A stretch of DNA of 64,000 nt from an uncultured delta proteobacterium (GCA_963817385.1 CAWFOM010000010.1:320001-384000); one strand, 5' to 3'. Counted from the first letter of the stretch, positions 20,313-31,157 are shown. The notes: generated from the letters alone by a model not told the origin. Numbers and translations: made by a program.

Positions 20313-21516
20313 TTACAGGCGGATCCGGACTTTCTGCGCCATTGCCTTTCCCAGTTCATAGCATCGGGCCAGAACCTCTTCATCGGGAACATTCTTCACG
20401 CGGATCCCCTCTCCGGCGATCTCCACCTTCATCTCGGTGAGGATCTCCTCGATCTGGCGCACCGCCTCGCCGCTCCAGCCGTAGGAGCCGAAGGCGGCGC
20501 CGACGAGGTTTCGCGGTTTGAGCCCCCGCAGGTAGGTCATGATGTCCGCCATCTTGGGAAGCATATTGTTGTTGAGCGTCGGAGAACCGACGGCGAGCGC
20601 CCCGGCGCCGAGCAGTTCGTAGACCACGTCGCTCCGATGCACCTCGTCCATCGACATGAGCTTGACTGAGAGGCCTCCCGCGGCAAGTCCTTCGCTGATC
20701 GCCCGGGCCATCTTTTCCGTGCTCTCCCACATCGTCGCGTAGACGACCACCGCCTTTGCCGTCGGCTTCTGCGCGGCCCATCTCCCGTACCGCTCGATGA
20801 TCCCGCCGATATCCCTGCGCCAGATCGGCCCATGGTCCGGGGCGATCATCTGAAACGAGAGCCCGGCGGCGGTGACCTTCTCCAGGAGTTTCGAGACCAG
20901 CGGCGAGTAGGGGAGGATGATGTTTGCGTAATAGGTCGCCGCCTCGTAGGCAAGGATCGCCGGATCGATCTGGTCGTCGAACCGCTCCAGGGACGCATAG
21001 TGCATCCCGAAGGCGTCCTGGGAAAAGAGGAGCTTTTCTTCGTTCAGATAGGAGAACATGCTGTCGGGCCAGTGGAGCATCCTGGTCTCCATGAAGGTGA
21101 GCGACCGGTTGCCGAGACTGAGCGTCTCTCCGTCCTTGACGGCGGTAATTTCCGCCGGGAAGGAAAAGTGCTCCTCGAGGGTCTTCGCCCCGACGGCGGA
21201 GGCGAACACCTTTTCGGGCCTCACGGCCTCGATCACCTCCGGCAGAGCATCCCGAGTGGTCCATCTCCGCGTGGTTGGAGATGATATAGTCGATCCGCGC
21301 CGGCTCGATCACATCGGCGATCCGGGCCATCATCTCCTCCCGGAAGGGGGCCTTTACCGTATCGACAAGGGTGATTTTGTCGGCCATGATCAGGTAGGCG
21401 TTGTAGGTGCTCCCCCGCAGCGTCTGATAACCATGGAAATCCCGGATATTCCAGTCGATGGCGCCGACCCACCAGACATCGTCCGTCACCTTGACCGCCT
21501 TATAGGGACTCTTCAT
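20313..21516 (-). CDS. fprA: A-type flavoprotein / flavodiiron protein (frameshift near 21245)
   Basis: [47 protein letters not shown], flavodoxin [11 protein letters not shown]. Confidence 0.94.
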
Positions 21517-22139
21517 TTTGCCACCTCTCCCTTTGAAAAACCGATATCGAAGGCGCGGAGGTTGGCCTCGACACGGGAGGCCGGCATCCCCTCCCGGATC
21601 ACGGCCTCAAAGACCTCCCGGTCGACGGGCAGCACCCCCAGGCCTGCGACGGCGCCGATCATGACGATGTTCCCGAGGATGGGATTCCCCAGGGCGACCG
21701 CCTCATCCGTCGCATCGAGGAAGCGGGCCGTATCCGAGAGCGCCGCCACGGCTTCCCGGATCTTCTCCGGCCCCGGATAATCGGCCTCTCCGGTGATCAC
21801 CCCCACGGGGTAGATCGGCCGCATGTTCACCAGGACCTTCACGGCGGGGTTGCCGTAGTCGGCCAGCACCCGGATCGCCTCGATCGGCTCGATGGCGACG
21901 ATCAGATGCGCCCTCCCCTTCGGGATCTGCGGGCTCCAGACCGCCGTCGACGAAACCCGGATGTGGCTCATGACCGAGCCGCCCCGCTGGGACATCCCGA
22001 ACGTCTCGCCGATCGTCACCCTGAACCCCTTGCGGACCAGCATGTTCGACAGGACCCGCGAGGCCATGACGTTTCCCTGGCCGCCCACCCCGGTTATGAT
22101 GATATTGTAGGGATCTTTCATCACGGTCCGCTTCTTCAT
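21513..22139 (-). CDS. iorB: Indolepyruvate:ferredoxin oxidoreductase beta subunit
   Basis: [32 protein letters not shown]. Confidence 0.92.
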   Translation of the reverse strand: MKKRTVMKDPYNIIITGVGGQGNVMASRVLSNMLVRKGFRVTIGETFGMSQRGGSVMSHIRVSSTAVWSPQIPKGRAHLIVAIEPIEAIRVLADYGNPAVKVLVNMRPIYPVGVITGEADYPGPEKIREAVAALSDTARFLDATDEAVALGNPILGNIVMIGAVAGLGVLPVDREVFEAVIREGMPASRVEANLRAFDIGFSKGEVAK

Positions 22140-24083
22140 GCGCTCGCCGCCTCCTCGCTCCGGATCGCCTCGGCCGGACAGATCCCCGCGCAGACGCCGC
22201 AGCCGGCACAGATCACCTCATCGATCCGCGCCTTCCCCTTTTCCCGGTCCCACAGGAGTCCCGGACAGCGGAAGATCCGCGTGCAGAGGCGGTTGCAGCC
22301 GCAGGCATCACCCCGGCAGAGGAGTTCATCCACGCGCATCTGGTAGCGCTTCCGTCCTTTTTTTTCGGGTGACAGGGCGCAGGACTGCTTCAGGATCAGG
22401 ACCTTCACGCCTCCTCCCCCCTCCATGAGATCGTTGAGCGTCTCCCGCGTCTCCTTAAGGGCGAACGGATCGCCGATGACGACCTTCGCCCCTATGGAGG
22501 CGCAGAGGGCCGCGATATCGACCTTGGGGGAGGCATCCCCCATGGCGTTGACATCGATGCCGGGATGGGACTGGAATCCCGTCATCGCCGTGCCGCTGTT
22601 GTCCAGGGCGATGAAGATGATATTCGCATCCTGATGGACGGCGTTGATGAGCGCAGGAATCGCCGCATGGTAGAAGGTCGAATCCCCACAGACGGCAATG
22701 ATCGGCTGGTCCATCCCGAACGCCCCCAGCTTGCCGAATCCGGAGGCCACGCCCGTCCCCGACCCCATTGCATGAAGGGTCTTGGCGGTATGAAACCCGG
22801 CGGCAGGAAAGAGGCATGCCATCGCATAGCAGCCGATGTCCCCGCAGACGAACCCGCCGCGGCCGTCGCGCTGCAGCGCCTCGCGGATGCTCCAGTAGGA
22901 GGCGCGGTGGGGACAGCCGGGGCAGAAGGTCTGCTCGCGCCGGGGCGCCAGAGCGGCCAATGCCCGGAGCTTCTCTCCGTAGGCCGCCGGAAGCGACTTT
23001 GGTTCCATCCCCAGAATCAGGCCGACGGCCCGAGCAACCAGGTCGGGATTCAGCTCGCCCGCCATCGGCAGGGTCCCGTCGTTCTTCCCGTAAAAGGTCT
23101 TGCTGCCGATCGCCCGCACCTGCTCGGCGGCCAGAATCTTGACCTGCTCCTCGAGAAACGGGAGCACCTCCTCGACGATCAGGATCTTCTCCGCCGCCGC
23201 CAGATATCGCTTCAGAAGCTTGGGCGGTATGGGCCAGGTCGTGCCGAGCTTGAGAATGCCCACCCGGTCTTCGGCTTCGATTAGTGACAGGGCCTCGCGG
23301 CTGTAGAGCATGCAGGCGCTGCTTGTGATGATCAGGAGCTCCGGCCGCTCAGGACCCGAATAGGAGTTAAAGGGGCTCTCTTCGAAGATCTCCGCCGCTT
23401 TCCTGATCTTCTCCTGCTGGAGTCGGTGTTTCTCGACGACCGGGAAGCTGATCATCGGCCCCCGCTCGGGATCGGAAACCGCGGCCGTCGCAGCAAAATT
23501 CCGCCTTTCCCACTATGGAGGGAAGTTCACCGAGGACGACGTTTCCGCTTGCATGCGACATGCGGGTCACGCTCCGGAGCATGACGATCGTCCTAAGCTC
23601 CTCCGAGAGGGTGAAGGCCCAGCGGGTCATCTCCTTCGCCTCCTGGAAATCCGCGGGCTCGAGGAGCGGAATCTCCATGAGCCGCGCGAAATGACGGGAC
23701 TCCCCTTCGTTGACGCTCGAGAGCGCTCCGGGATCGTCGCAGGTGACGAGGACCATCCCGCCCCGCGTTCCCGACCCGACCAGGTGGAGGAGAAAATCGG
23801 AGGCGACATTGACGCCGTTTTGCTTCATGACGCAGAGCGACCGAAGGCCGGCAAACGATGCCGCCGCCGCCACTTCCATGGCCACCTTTTCGTTGGTGGA
23901 CCACTCCACATAGAGCTTTCCCGCCTCCGCGAACCGGGAAAGGGTTTCGATGATCTCCGAAGAAGGGGTGCCGGGATAGCCGGCGGCGACCCGGACCCCG
24001 GCCTCCAGGGCGCCGCGGGCGATGGCCTCGTTTCCCATGAGCAGGAGCTCGTCCCCCGCTTTCTGTTTCCTATCAATTGACAT
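22136..24083 (-). CDS. iorA: Indolepyruvate:ferredoxin oxidoreductase alpha subunit (frameshift near 23475)
   Basis: LMGNEAIARG, YPGTPSSE, EWSTNEKVA, FCPGCPHR, GDIGCY, GDSTFYH, DNSGTAMTG, C-terminal ferredoxin Cys. Confidence 0.93.
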
Positions 24084-24116
24084 CCGCGCCTCCGCACCAG
24101 ACTTGATCCCTGCACA

Positions 24117-25253
24117 TCATCCCACCTGCCCCATCGGATCGGTTGAACCCGCCCGCACAGCGGAAGAGCTTGCCGCCGCCCGCTTCTTGTTGAGCGAGGC
24201 CGCCTTGAGTTTCTCCCAATTACCCGCCGGAATATCCCGAAACTCGAGAACTCCGCGGCGTCGGGCCAACTCCAGGATCTCACTGCCGCGCCTGGTCCTG
24301 ACGATCACCTGGTTCCACCCGCGGGCCGTCTCCCATCCCTCCGGAAGGCGCGCTGATCCGACTGAGAGATCGCTGAATTCGGCCGTCATGTCGTCGCAGG
24401 AAAGGCAGGATTCCCGGACGCAGGGGTTAACCTCGTCGAGGGAAACCCGGACGGTCCCGTCCTTCGTGGACACTTCCAGGGTATGGTATCGGCTGGGGGG
24501 GATATCCATCCCGGTCACCCGGGCAAGATCGGTTTTTTGTTCCACGAGTGTGACAAGGTCCCGCCAGGAAAGGGCCCAGCCGCAGAAGAGCCCCACAACC
24601 AGTTGGAGTTTTTCAATGCCGCTCGCGGGCGCCGTGACAGGCTGGGTGCGCATCTTGGCGAGGGCCAATGCCTGACAGGGGGTGGCGACGACGCCGATTC
24701 TCCGGTAATCGGAACGAACCGCCCGGTTGAATTCAGCAACGGTAGGAGAGACGACGAATCTGCTTTTCCCCGTCTTGCCTGCCGCTTCGGGGTCGCTGAC
24801 CGTGATCGCCCGGGGGAGAAGCCCCTCTCCTTCCGCGGCAAGAACGGCTGCATCGATCAATCCCTCCCGAAGGGCCAGGGCAATCAGGGCGGTGACTGTT
24901 CCGCCGTGCTGGGCCTGACGTCGGATCCCCTCATCCGTCGCCCGGGTGATAAAAAATCCTTCCACCGCCCCCAGTTCCGGCGTCCAATTCGCACCGGCAT
25001 GGAGTTTCCGGTGCAGGGCTTCCCGGTCCACGGGCGTCCGCGGGCAGCAGGCATAACAGCGCCCCCGCGCAAGATCACAAAGATGGAGGGTGACTGTTCG
25101 GTCACGGTAGGAGGCCTGATAGGGGCAGAGGTTGACGCAGGCTCCGCAACCGGTGCAAAGACCGGCCCTGATGATCGACTCCTCCAGTTCCTTCTGCCCC
25201 CCCTGTCCGACTCCCGTATCCGCTGTATCCGTATCCCGCTCGTTCAACCGCAT
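24117..25253 (-). CDS. Coenzyme F420 hydrogenase/dehydrogenase beta-subunit (FrhB/FdhB) family Fe-S protein
   Basis: CTGCGACVNLCP, CYACCPR, AQHGGTVTAL, VATPCQ, GLFCGW, CLSCDDMTAEFSDLSVG, GWNQVIVRT. Confidence 0.88.
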   Translation of the reverse strand: MRLNERDTDTADTGVGQGGQKELEESIIRAGLCTGCGACVNLCPYQASYRDRTVTLHLCDLARGRCYACCPRTPVDREALHRKLHAGANWTPELGAVEGFFITRATDEGIRRQAQHGGTVTALIALALREGLIDAAVLAAEGEGLLPRAITVSDPEAAGKTGKSRFVVSPTVAEFNRAVRSDYRRIGVVATPCQALALAKMRTQPVTAPASGIEKLQLVVGLFCGWALSWRDLVTLVEQKTDLARVTGMDIPPSRYHTLEVSTKDGTVRVSLDEVNPCVRESCLSCDDMTAEFSDLSVGSARLPEGWETARGWNQVIVRTRRGSEILELARRRGVLEFRDIPAGNWEKLKAASLNKKRAAASSSAVRAGSTDPMGQVG

Positions 25254-25453
25254 GACGCCGCTCCACCTCCAAATCGCGAATCCCCGGGAATGGCAGGTCC
25301 TTCCCCTGTTTTCCGCAGCATTCTAACACACGCATCCGTTTCCCTGTCAACCCATAAATGCCGACGGAAAAGGAAAACATTTTTCACGAAGGGAAAAGAC
25401 TGTTGTTGACAACGACCCGCTCTTATACTATGAAGGCCCTTCGAAACCGATAT

Positions 25454-25529
25454 TCCCCAGTAGCTCAGTCGGTAGAGCAGATGGCTGTTAACCATCGGGT
25501 CCGTGGTTCGAGTCCGCGCTGGGGAGCCA
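25454..25529 (+). tRNA. tRNA-Asn (GTT)
   Basis: TCCCCAG acceptor stem pairs with CTGGGGA; TAGCTCAG D-arm; GATGG-CTGTTAA-CCATC anticodon arm; GGTTCGAGTCC T-arm; encoded CCA. Confidence 0.98.
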
Positions 25530-25537
25530 GTAATAAC

Positions 25538-25575
25538 AGGGGTTAGCCAATCTATGGGTAGCCCCTTTTTCTTTC
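25538..25575 (+). terminator. Probable intrinsic terminator after tRNA-Asn
   Basis: GGGGTTAGCCA..TGGGTAGCCCC imperfect stem followed by TTTTTCTTT. Confidence 0.55.
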
Positions 25576-25712
25576 GTTTATTGTTTTCTAGAATGTTTAT
25601 TCCAGATCGAGGACCCGAAAAGCACCACAGGGTACAAAGATTCAATCCACGGGAAATTTCAAAAAAGATTTTGAAAATATGCCGCTTCATTCTGTGACGG
25701 AACGGATAATCA

Positions 25713-25742
25713 TTGACAAATCGGGAGAACGGGCACTATAAT
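25713..25742 (+). promoter_or_regulatory. sigma70 promoter for the small ORF at 25799
   Basis: TTGACA-N18-TATAAT. Confidence 0.65.
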
Positions 25743-25798
25743 AACTAACATTACAGATAATCGCGGCTCCATCAAAATTCTTATAGGAGGGTACAACC

Positions 25799-25975
25799 AT
25801 GGCAGTGAAGAAGGCAGTAAAAAAAACCGCGGCCAAAGCCAAGGGCAAAAAGGGCGAAGCATACACCTGCGGAGTCTGCGGTCTATCGGTGACGGTGGTT
25901 GAGGCCTGTGGATGCGCGGAAGCCCACCCCATCATCTGCTGCATGAAACCCATGAAGAAGAAACGCGGCAAGTAA
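25799..25975 (+). CDS. Lys-rich desulforedoxin-like microprotein (58 aa; absent from ORF track)
   Basis: AGGAGG RBS; MAVKKAVKKTAAKAKGKKGEAYTCGVCGLSVTVVEACGCAEAHPIICCMKPMKKKRGK; YxCxxCG...CC..PM pattern. Confidence 0.8.
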   Translation: MAVKKAVKKTAAKAKGKKGEAYTCGVCGLSVTVVEACGCAEAHPIICCMKPMKKKRGK

Positions 25976-26088
25976 TCGATCAATCTTCCACTCTTCGGCA
26001 AAGGGAGTGTCGTCTCCCCCGGGGAGTGGAGCTATCTCTCGAATTCTATCTTCATCTTGGGGCTTTCCTGAGGGCTCCGTTGTTTTTA

Positions 26089-27063
26089 TCACGCCATTCC
26101 TATTTTGGCCATGCGCTTGTGTATCGTCTGCGCCTGCCCGATCATCTCTGCGACGATATCCCGGACCGGCATGATTTTTTTGGGGATGCCTATCCCCTGT
26201 GAAATGGAAATGGTTCCCGCGTTCAAATCGCCGGTCTGGTACATCTTCCTCGCCGCTTCGCCGGAAACATACGGGAGTATCTCCTCCAGCGAACCTCCCC
26301 TTTTTTCAATTTCAAGGGTCTTCCTGGCCGGCTCATTCATCCATACGCGATGCGTGAAACCGACCGAGAACATGATCAGGTCGGTGCTGAGCTCGTTGGC
26401 TTCGCAAAGCGCTTGCTTCAGATGCGGATGCACAGGGCATTCGTCGGAAAGGACGAAGCGCGAACCGACAATAGCTGCTTCCGCCCCGAGCGAGAGGACG
26501 GCGTAGAGTCCTCGCCCGTCGGCAACGCCGCCGCCGCCGATGACCGGAATCCGAACCGCGTCGACCGCCGACGGCACCAGCACCAACGTGGTGATGTTCA
26601 ATATCCCCGTCGCCCCGCCATTTTCATATCCCACAACCGTTACGGCGTCTGCGCCAAGCGAGGCCACTTTCCTGGCGTAACGCACCCCGACGCATTTGTG
26701 AATCCAGGTCATGCCGTATTCCTTGAAGAGCGCCACAAGATCTACCGGCGCCTGATGGCCGGATGTCTCGACTATTCTTACTCCCTCGGCGGAGAGTACA
26801 TCGAGAAACACCCGATTATCGGGCGGCATCAGTTGGGGAAAGAGATTAATATTTACGGCGAATGGTTTATCGGTCAATTCCCTCGTTTTTCTAATTTCCA
26901 GACGAAGTTTCTCCGGGTCCTTGAAGATTGCCGAGGCGATAATGCCGAGCGCGCCGGCATTGGAAATTGCGGCCACGAAGGGGGCCAGCGTAATGTCCAT
27001 CATGGTCCCGCCGATAATCGGATATTGAATCCCCAGCAACTCGGTTATCCTGGTCTTGAACAT
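26089..27063 (-). CDS. Nitronate monooxygenase / FabK-like FMN oxidoreductase
   Basis: TRITELLGIQYPIIGG, SNAGALG, PFAVN, GYENGG, IPVIGGGGVADGRG, GSRF. Confidence 0.88.
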   Translation of the reverse strand: MFKTRITELLGIQYPIIGGTMMDITLAPFVAAISNAGALGIIASAIFKDPEKLRLEIRKTRELTDKPFAVNINLFPQLMPPDNRVFLDVLSAEGVRIVETSGHQAPVDLVALFKEYGMTWIHKCVGVRYARKVASLGADAVTVVGYENGGATGILNITTLVLVPSAVDAVRIPVIGGGGVADGRGLYAVLSLGAEAAIVGSRFVLSDECPVHPHLKQALCEANELSTDLIMFSVGFTHRVWMNEPARKTLEIEKRGGSLEEILPYVSGEAARKMYQTGDLNAGTISISQGIGIPKKIMPVRDIVAEMIGQAQTIHKRMAKIGMA

Positions 27064-27207
27064 GGCCTCTCCTATCAATCAAGGTTCTGATCTTCCTTAT
27101 ATACAACCACCGTCGAGATGCTTTTTGAAGCACCGTCGATGAAGGTATATCCTGAGATCTCGTGAATAATGGAATTCTTTAACAACAATATGCTTTTAAG
27201 CGACGTG

Positions 27208-27236
27208 AGTATAGGGAGATGCATTTTGTGTGTCAA
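27208..27236 (-). promoter_or_regulatory. sigma70 promoter for the FMN oxidoreductase gene
   Basis: Minus strand TTGACA-N17-TATACT. Confidence 0.7.
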
Positions 27237-27393
27237 GATAATAAAACCACCGGCGCCGTTTCGACGAGCCTGAGTACGCAAATCATTACCTCTGACGAAA
27301 ATGCTTGATTTCATGCCGTTATCAGTAATAATGTTATCGTTAAGATAATTATGATTCGGCCGCATCAAAATGAAAACAGGAGGAAAACCCACG

Positions 27394-27750
27394 ATGAACT
27401 TCAAGTATACCCGTATTTACGCCGGACCGGACGGGAATACCCACTTCCAGGATGTCGAGGTACCGATGACTTCCGAGCAGGGCGACCAGTTTAAGTCAAT
27501 CCTCATGAAAGCGACCGGCATCATTTTCCGAATTACCGGGCCGGGGTATGATCTTGACTGGCATCCGGTCAGACGGAAGCAGTTCGTGATTACCCTCGAA
27601 GGGGAGGGTGACGTTGTTGCCAGCGACGGCACGAGGCGCCGTTTCGGGCCGGGCGATATTATGCTGGCGGATGACATGAACAGCAAGGGACATCTCAGCA
27701 AGGCGGTCGGCGGCAAACCAAGAAAGTCTATCTTCGTAACGGTAGACTAA
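27394..27750 (+). CDS. Cupin-fold protein
   Basis: YAGPDGNTHF, WHPVRRKQFVITLEG, GPGDIMLADD..KGHLS. Confidence 0.8.
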   Translation: MNFKYTRIYAGPDGNTHFQDVEVPMTSEQGDQFKSILMKATGIIFRITGPGYDLDWHPVRRKQFVITLEGEGDVVASDGTRRRFGPGDIMLADDMNSKGHLSKAVGGKPRKSIFVTVD

Positions 27751-27827
27751 ACCATTCAGACCTTTGTAGACGGGAACGAAACGACCGTCGTTGCAGAAAC
27801 ATCGCCACCTATTCAGGAGGAACCCCT

Positions 27828-29081
27828 ATGACAGAGGTAGTAATCGTATCAGCCTGCCGGACCGCGATCGGCGCCTTCGGCGGATCGCTTCGCGACGTGA
27901 ACTGCGCCCAGCTCGGCAGTGTCGTGATGAAGGAGGCCGTCAGAAGGGCCGGGATTGACGCCGCCCTTATCGATGACGTCCGTTTCGGCTGCTGCATGGA
28001 GCCGGCGGACGCCCTCAACGTCACCCGCATCGCCGCCCTCATGGCGGGTATCCCGGATACCGTCACGGCAGTAACCGTAAATCGGGTCTGCATCTCCGGA
28101 ATGGAGGCCGTCGTCTCCGGCATGGCAATGATCCAGGCCGGCATGGCGGAGATCATCCTCGCCGGCGGCATGGAGCACATGTCGGGGGTTGCCTATTCGG
28201 TTCCCGCCGCCCGCTGGGGCTGCCGCTTCCAGGACCAGATCTTCGTTGATGACATCATCCACGGCCTCCATGCGGGCTCGCACCTTCTGCCCGGTCTGGA
28301 GAAGGGACCGGTCAAGGAGGGGGGCGTCGTTGAGCTCTTCCGGGGAAAACCGTATATCATGGGGGTCACTGCCGAGTTGATCGCCCAGATGTACGACCTC
28401 TCGCGGGAGGAGATCGACGCGGTTGCGCTCCGCAGCCACAATAACGCCGAGCGGGCCACCCGCGAAGGCGACTTCAAGGATGAGATCGTCCCTGTGGAGA
28501 TCCCCCAGAAAAAAGGGAAACCGCCCGTCATCTTCGACAAAGACGAACACTTCCGGCCGGGGATCACGATGGCCGATCTCGCCTCGCTGCCGGCCGCCTT
28601 CATCCCGAAGACCGGCAAGGTCACGGCCGGGAACTCCTCCGGCGTCAACGACGGGGCGAGCGCCATGGTCATCATGTCGGCAGCAATGGCGAAGGAATTG
28701 GGGATTATTCCCCTCGCCCGGATCAAAGCGGTGGGCCGCGGCGGCTGTCACCCCTCCGTCATGGGGCTGAGCCCCGTCCCCGCCGTCCGGAATCTCCTGG
28801 CCAGGACGGGTCTCACCCTCTCCGATTTCGAACTGATCGAGGTCAACGAGGCGTTTGCCGCACAGTACCTGGGCTGCGAGCGTGAACTCGGACTGAACCG
28901 GGAGCTTGTCAACGTCAACGGTTCCGGCGTGGGTCTCGGCCACCCGGTAGGCTCCACCGGATGCCGGATCATGGTCACTCTCCTCCATGCCATGAGGAAG
29001 CGGGGCAAAACCCTCGGGATGGCCACGCTCTGCGGCGGCGGCGGTGTTTCTCTCGCCACCGTCCTGGAGGCGTCGGCATAA
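27828..29081 (+). CDS. Acetyl-CoA acetyltransferase (thiolase)
   Basis: RTAIGAFGG, NRVCISG, TAGNSSGVNDGA, EVNEAFA, GHPVGSTG, LCGGGG. Confidence 0.96.
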   Translation: MTEVVIVSACRTAIGAFGGSLRDVNCAQLGSVVMKEAVRRAGIDAALIDDVRFGCCMEPADALNVTRIAALMAGIPDTVTAVTVNRVCISGMEAVVSGMAMIQAGMAEIILAGGMEHMSGVAYSVPAARWGCRFQDQIFVDDIIHGLHAGSHLLPGLEKGPVKEGGVVELFRGKPYIMGVTAELIAQMYDLSREEIDAVALRSHNNAERATREGDFKDEIVPVEIPQKKGKPPVIFDKDEHFRPGITMADLASLPAAFIPKTGKVTAGNSSGVNDGASAMVIMSAAMAKELGIIPLARIKAVGRGGCHPSVMGLSPVPAVRNLLARTGLTLSDFELIEVNEAFAAQYLGCERELGLNRELVNVNGSGVGLGHPVGSTGCRIMVTLLHAMRKRGKTLGMATLCGGGGVSLATVLEASA

Positions 29082-29133
29082 ACCGCCCATCCATGCCCAT
29101 CTTCCCGTCCCGGATCGAGGTTACATTTTCTTC

Positions 29134-29190
29134 TTGACATCCTCCTACTCTTTCGCTACGGTCGGCTATCCAGTCTTACCGGTCTGACCA
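29134..29190 (+). promoter_or_regulatory. sigma70 promoter plus FadR/GntR-type operator
   Basis: TTGACA-N17-TACGGT, then the palindrome GGTCTGACC(A) at 29181-29190 just before the gntR RBS. Confidence 0.6.
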
Positions 29191-29205
29191 ATTTTGAGGG
29201 AACGG

Positions 29206-29970
29206 ATGACTTTTGAAAAGCTGACCCAAACCAAGTTCAAGAAGAAAAGTTCCTTTATCGCCGACCAAATCCTGCGGATGATCGACTCCGGGCGCTACAA
29301 GGCAGGAAGCAAACTCCCCTCTGAGCGCACCATCACCGAACAGATGGGGGTGAGCCGCCCTTCCCTGCGGGAGGCGATCAGCGCCCTGCAGATCGTCGGC
29401 ATCCTGGAAAGCCGCCCCGGCGACGGCACCTACGTCTCCAACCCCGCAGCCACCGAAGAGCTCATGCGGCGGGCTGTCGCCGTCCTCGAGGAATGCGACA
29501 GCCCCTTTGAAAATATGCAAGCCCGCAAGGCGTTGGAAATAGGCGCGGTCAGACTCGCCATCGCGGTCGCGACCGATGCCGACCTCAATGCCCTCAAGGC
29601 GGTGTCGGACGAAAAATGCCAGCGGGGACGCCGGGGGGATCTGGAGGAGTATCTCCGCTACGGGAAGGAATTCCACCTCGTCATCGCCCGCGCCACAAAA
29701 AACCGGACCATCGAGGCGATCATGGAGAAGCTCCTCGATATGACCATCCAGCCCCTCTGGATCAACATGCGCCGGGACTATTTCCTCAAGGATCCTTCCC
29801 GGATCGAACTGATGATCGATATCCATGATCGGATCATGCGGGCGATCGTCGACCGCGATATGGACCGGGCAACCCGCGAATTGGAGATCCACTACGACAT
29901 GCAGATCGAGCAGATCTACGGTCAGAGTGATGAAAATAATCACGAGCAGCCTACCGGCATGCAGAAATAG
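29206..29970 (+). CDS. GntR (FadR subfamily) transcriptional regulator
   Basis: KLPSER..MGVSRPSLREA..RPGDGTYV HTH; FCD domain with FHLVIARATKN. Confidence 0.95.
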   Translation: MTFEKLTQTKFKKKSSFIADQILRMIDSGRYKAGSKLPSERTITEQMGVSRPSLREAISALQIVGILESRPGDGTYVSNPAATEELMRRAVAVLEECDSPFENMQARKALEIGAVRLAIAVATDADLNALKAVSDEKCQRGRRGDLEEYLRYGKEFHLVIARATKNRTIEAIMEKLLDMTIQPLWINMRRDYFLKDPSRIELMIDIHDRIMRAIVDRDMDRATRELEIHYDMQIEQIYGQSDENNHEQPTGMQK

Positions 29971-30114
29971 AATGCCGGACAAACCGTAAAGGGGGTGATG
30001 ACGGCGATATTCGGTGGAAGAAGGAAGGGGTAGATTTCCCGAGGGTTCTTTTAACTGTCGGGTCGCCGTCGGGCATTTCCAATCGGCGAACCAGCCATGT
30101 CATGGAGGGTAAAA

Positions 30115-31099
30115 ATGAAGAATATTTATAAGTTGTCAGTTTTACTGTTGGTCGTCTTATTCATTGCTGTCGGGGCGGGAAGCGCTCTGGGCGCCGGTAA
30201 ATACCCGGAAAAACCCATCACCCTGATCGTCCATGCCTCCGCCGGCGGGGGAAGCGACATCTTTGCCCGCACCCTGTCCGCAGCGGTCGAAAAGGATAAA
30301 CTCCTTCCCCAGCCGATCGTCGTCGAGAACAAGCCGGGCGGAAGCGGCGGCATCGCCTTCGCCTATGTGGCCGGCAAGAAGAAGGACCCCTATTTCCTCC
30401 TCACCGCGGTGACGAGCTTCATGACCACGCCGCTGATGGGGATCACCCCGGTCGGCCTCAAGGACTTCACCCCGATCGCCAATTTCGCCTTCGACGAATA
30501 TATGCTGATGGTCAACCCCAAATCGAAGTACAAATCGGTGAAGGAGATCATCGCCGACGCCAAGGCCAATCCGAAGAAAATCACCGTCGGCGGAACGCAG
30601 CTCGGCTCGTCCGACTCCATTTGCGCCTATCTGGTTGAAAAGGCGGCCGGCGTCCAGTTCAATTACGTCGTCTTCAACGGCGGCGGCGAGGTCAACGCGG
30701 CCCTCCTCGGCGGCCATATCGACATCGCGGTCAGCAACCCCGGAGAGGCGCTGGAACTCTCCAAGGCGGGCAAAGTCAAACTCCTGGGCGTCTATTCCGA
30801 CAAACGGCTGCCCGGCGCCCCCGATGTCCCGACGATGAAGGAGCAGGGGGTCGACGTCACCTACGTCCAGAACCGCGGTCTCGTCGCCCCGGCCGACATC
30901 CCGGCGGACGCACGGAAGGTCCTGGAAGAGGCCTTCGCCAAATACATGAAGACGGACGTCTTCAAGAAATATCTCGCGGACAACATGCTCTCCGCGGCAT
31001 GGATGGACGGCGATACCTTCGGCGAAATGGCTCGAGAAAGAAAACGAAAGGTATGCCGTGATCATCAAAGACATGGGTTTGATCAAAAAGAAGAAGTAA
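30115..31099 (+). CDS. Tripartite tricarboxylate transporter substrate-binding protein (TctC/Bug; frameshift near 31024)
   Basis: Signal peptide, YPEKPITLIV, AGGGSDIFAR, VENKPGGSG, LLGGHID, PDVPTMKE; probable true C-terminus KWLEKENERYAVIIKDMGLIKKKK is in another frame. Confidence 0.93.
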
Positions 31100-31126
31100 T
31101 ACCTTAATTATCGATACAGGCAACGG

Positions 31127-31157
31127 GCGGGGGCGCAGCTTCTGCGCCCCCGCTTTT
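31127..31157 (+). terminator. Strong hairpin after the tctC-like gene (attenuator or mRNA stabiliser)
   Basis: GCGGGGGCGCAG-CTT-CTGCGCCCCCGC-TTTT. Confidence 0.7.

Noticed and set aside
25454..27800. Integrative island at tRNA-Asn
   Set aside because: Flank is AT-richer, but I found no integrase and no duplicated tRNA 3' end
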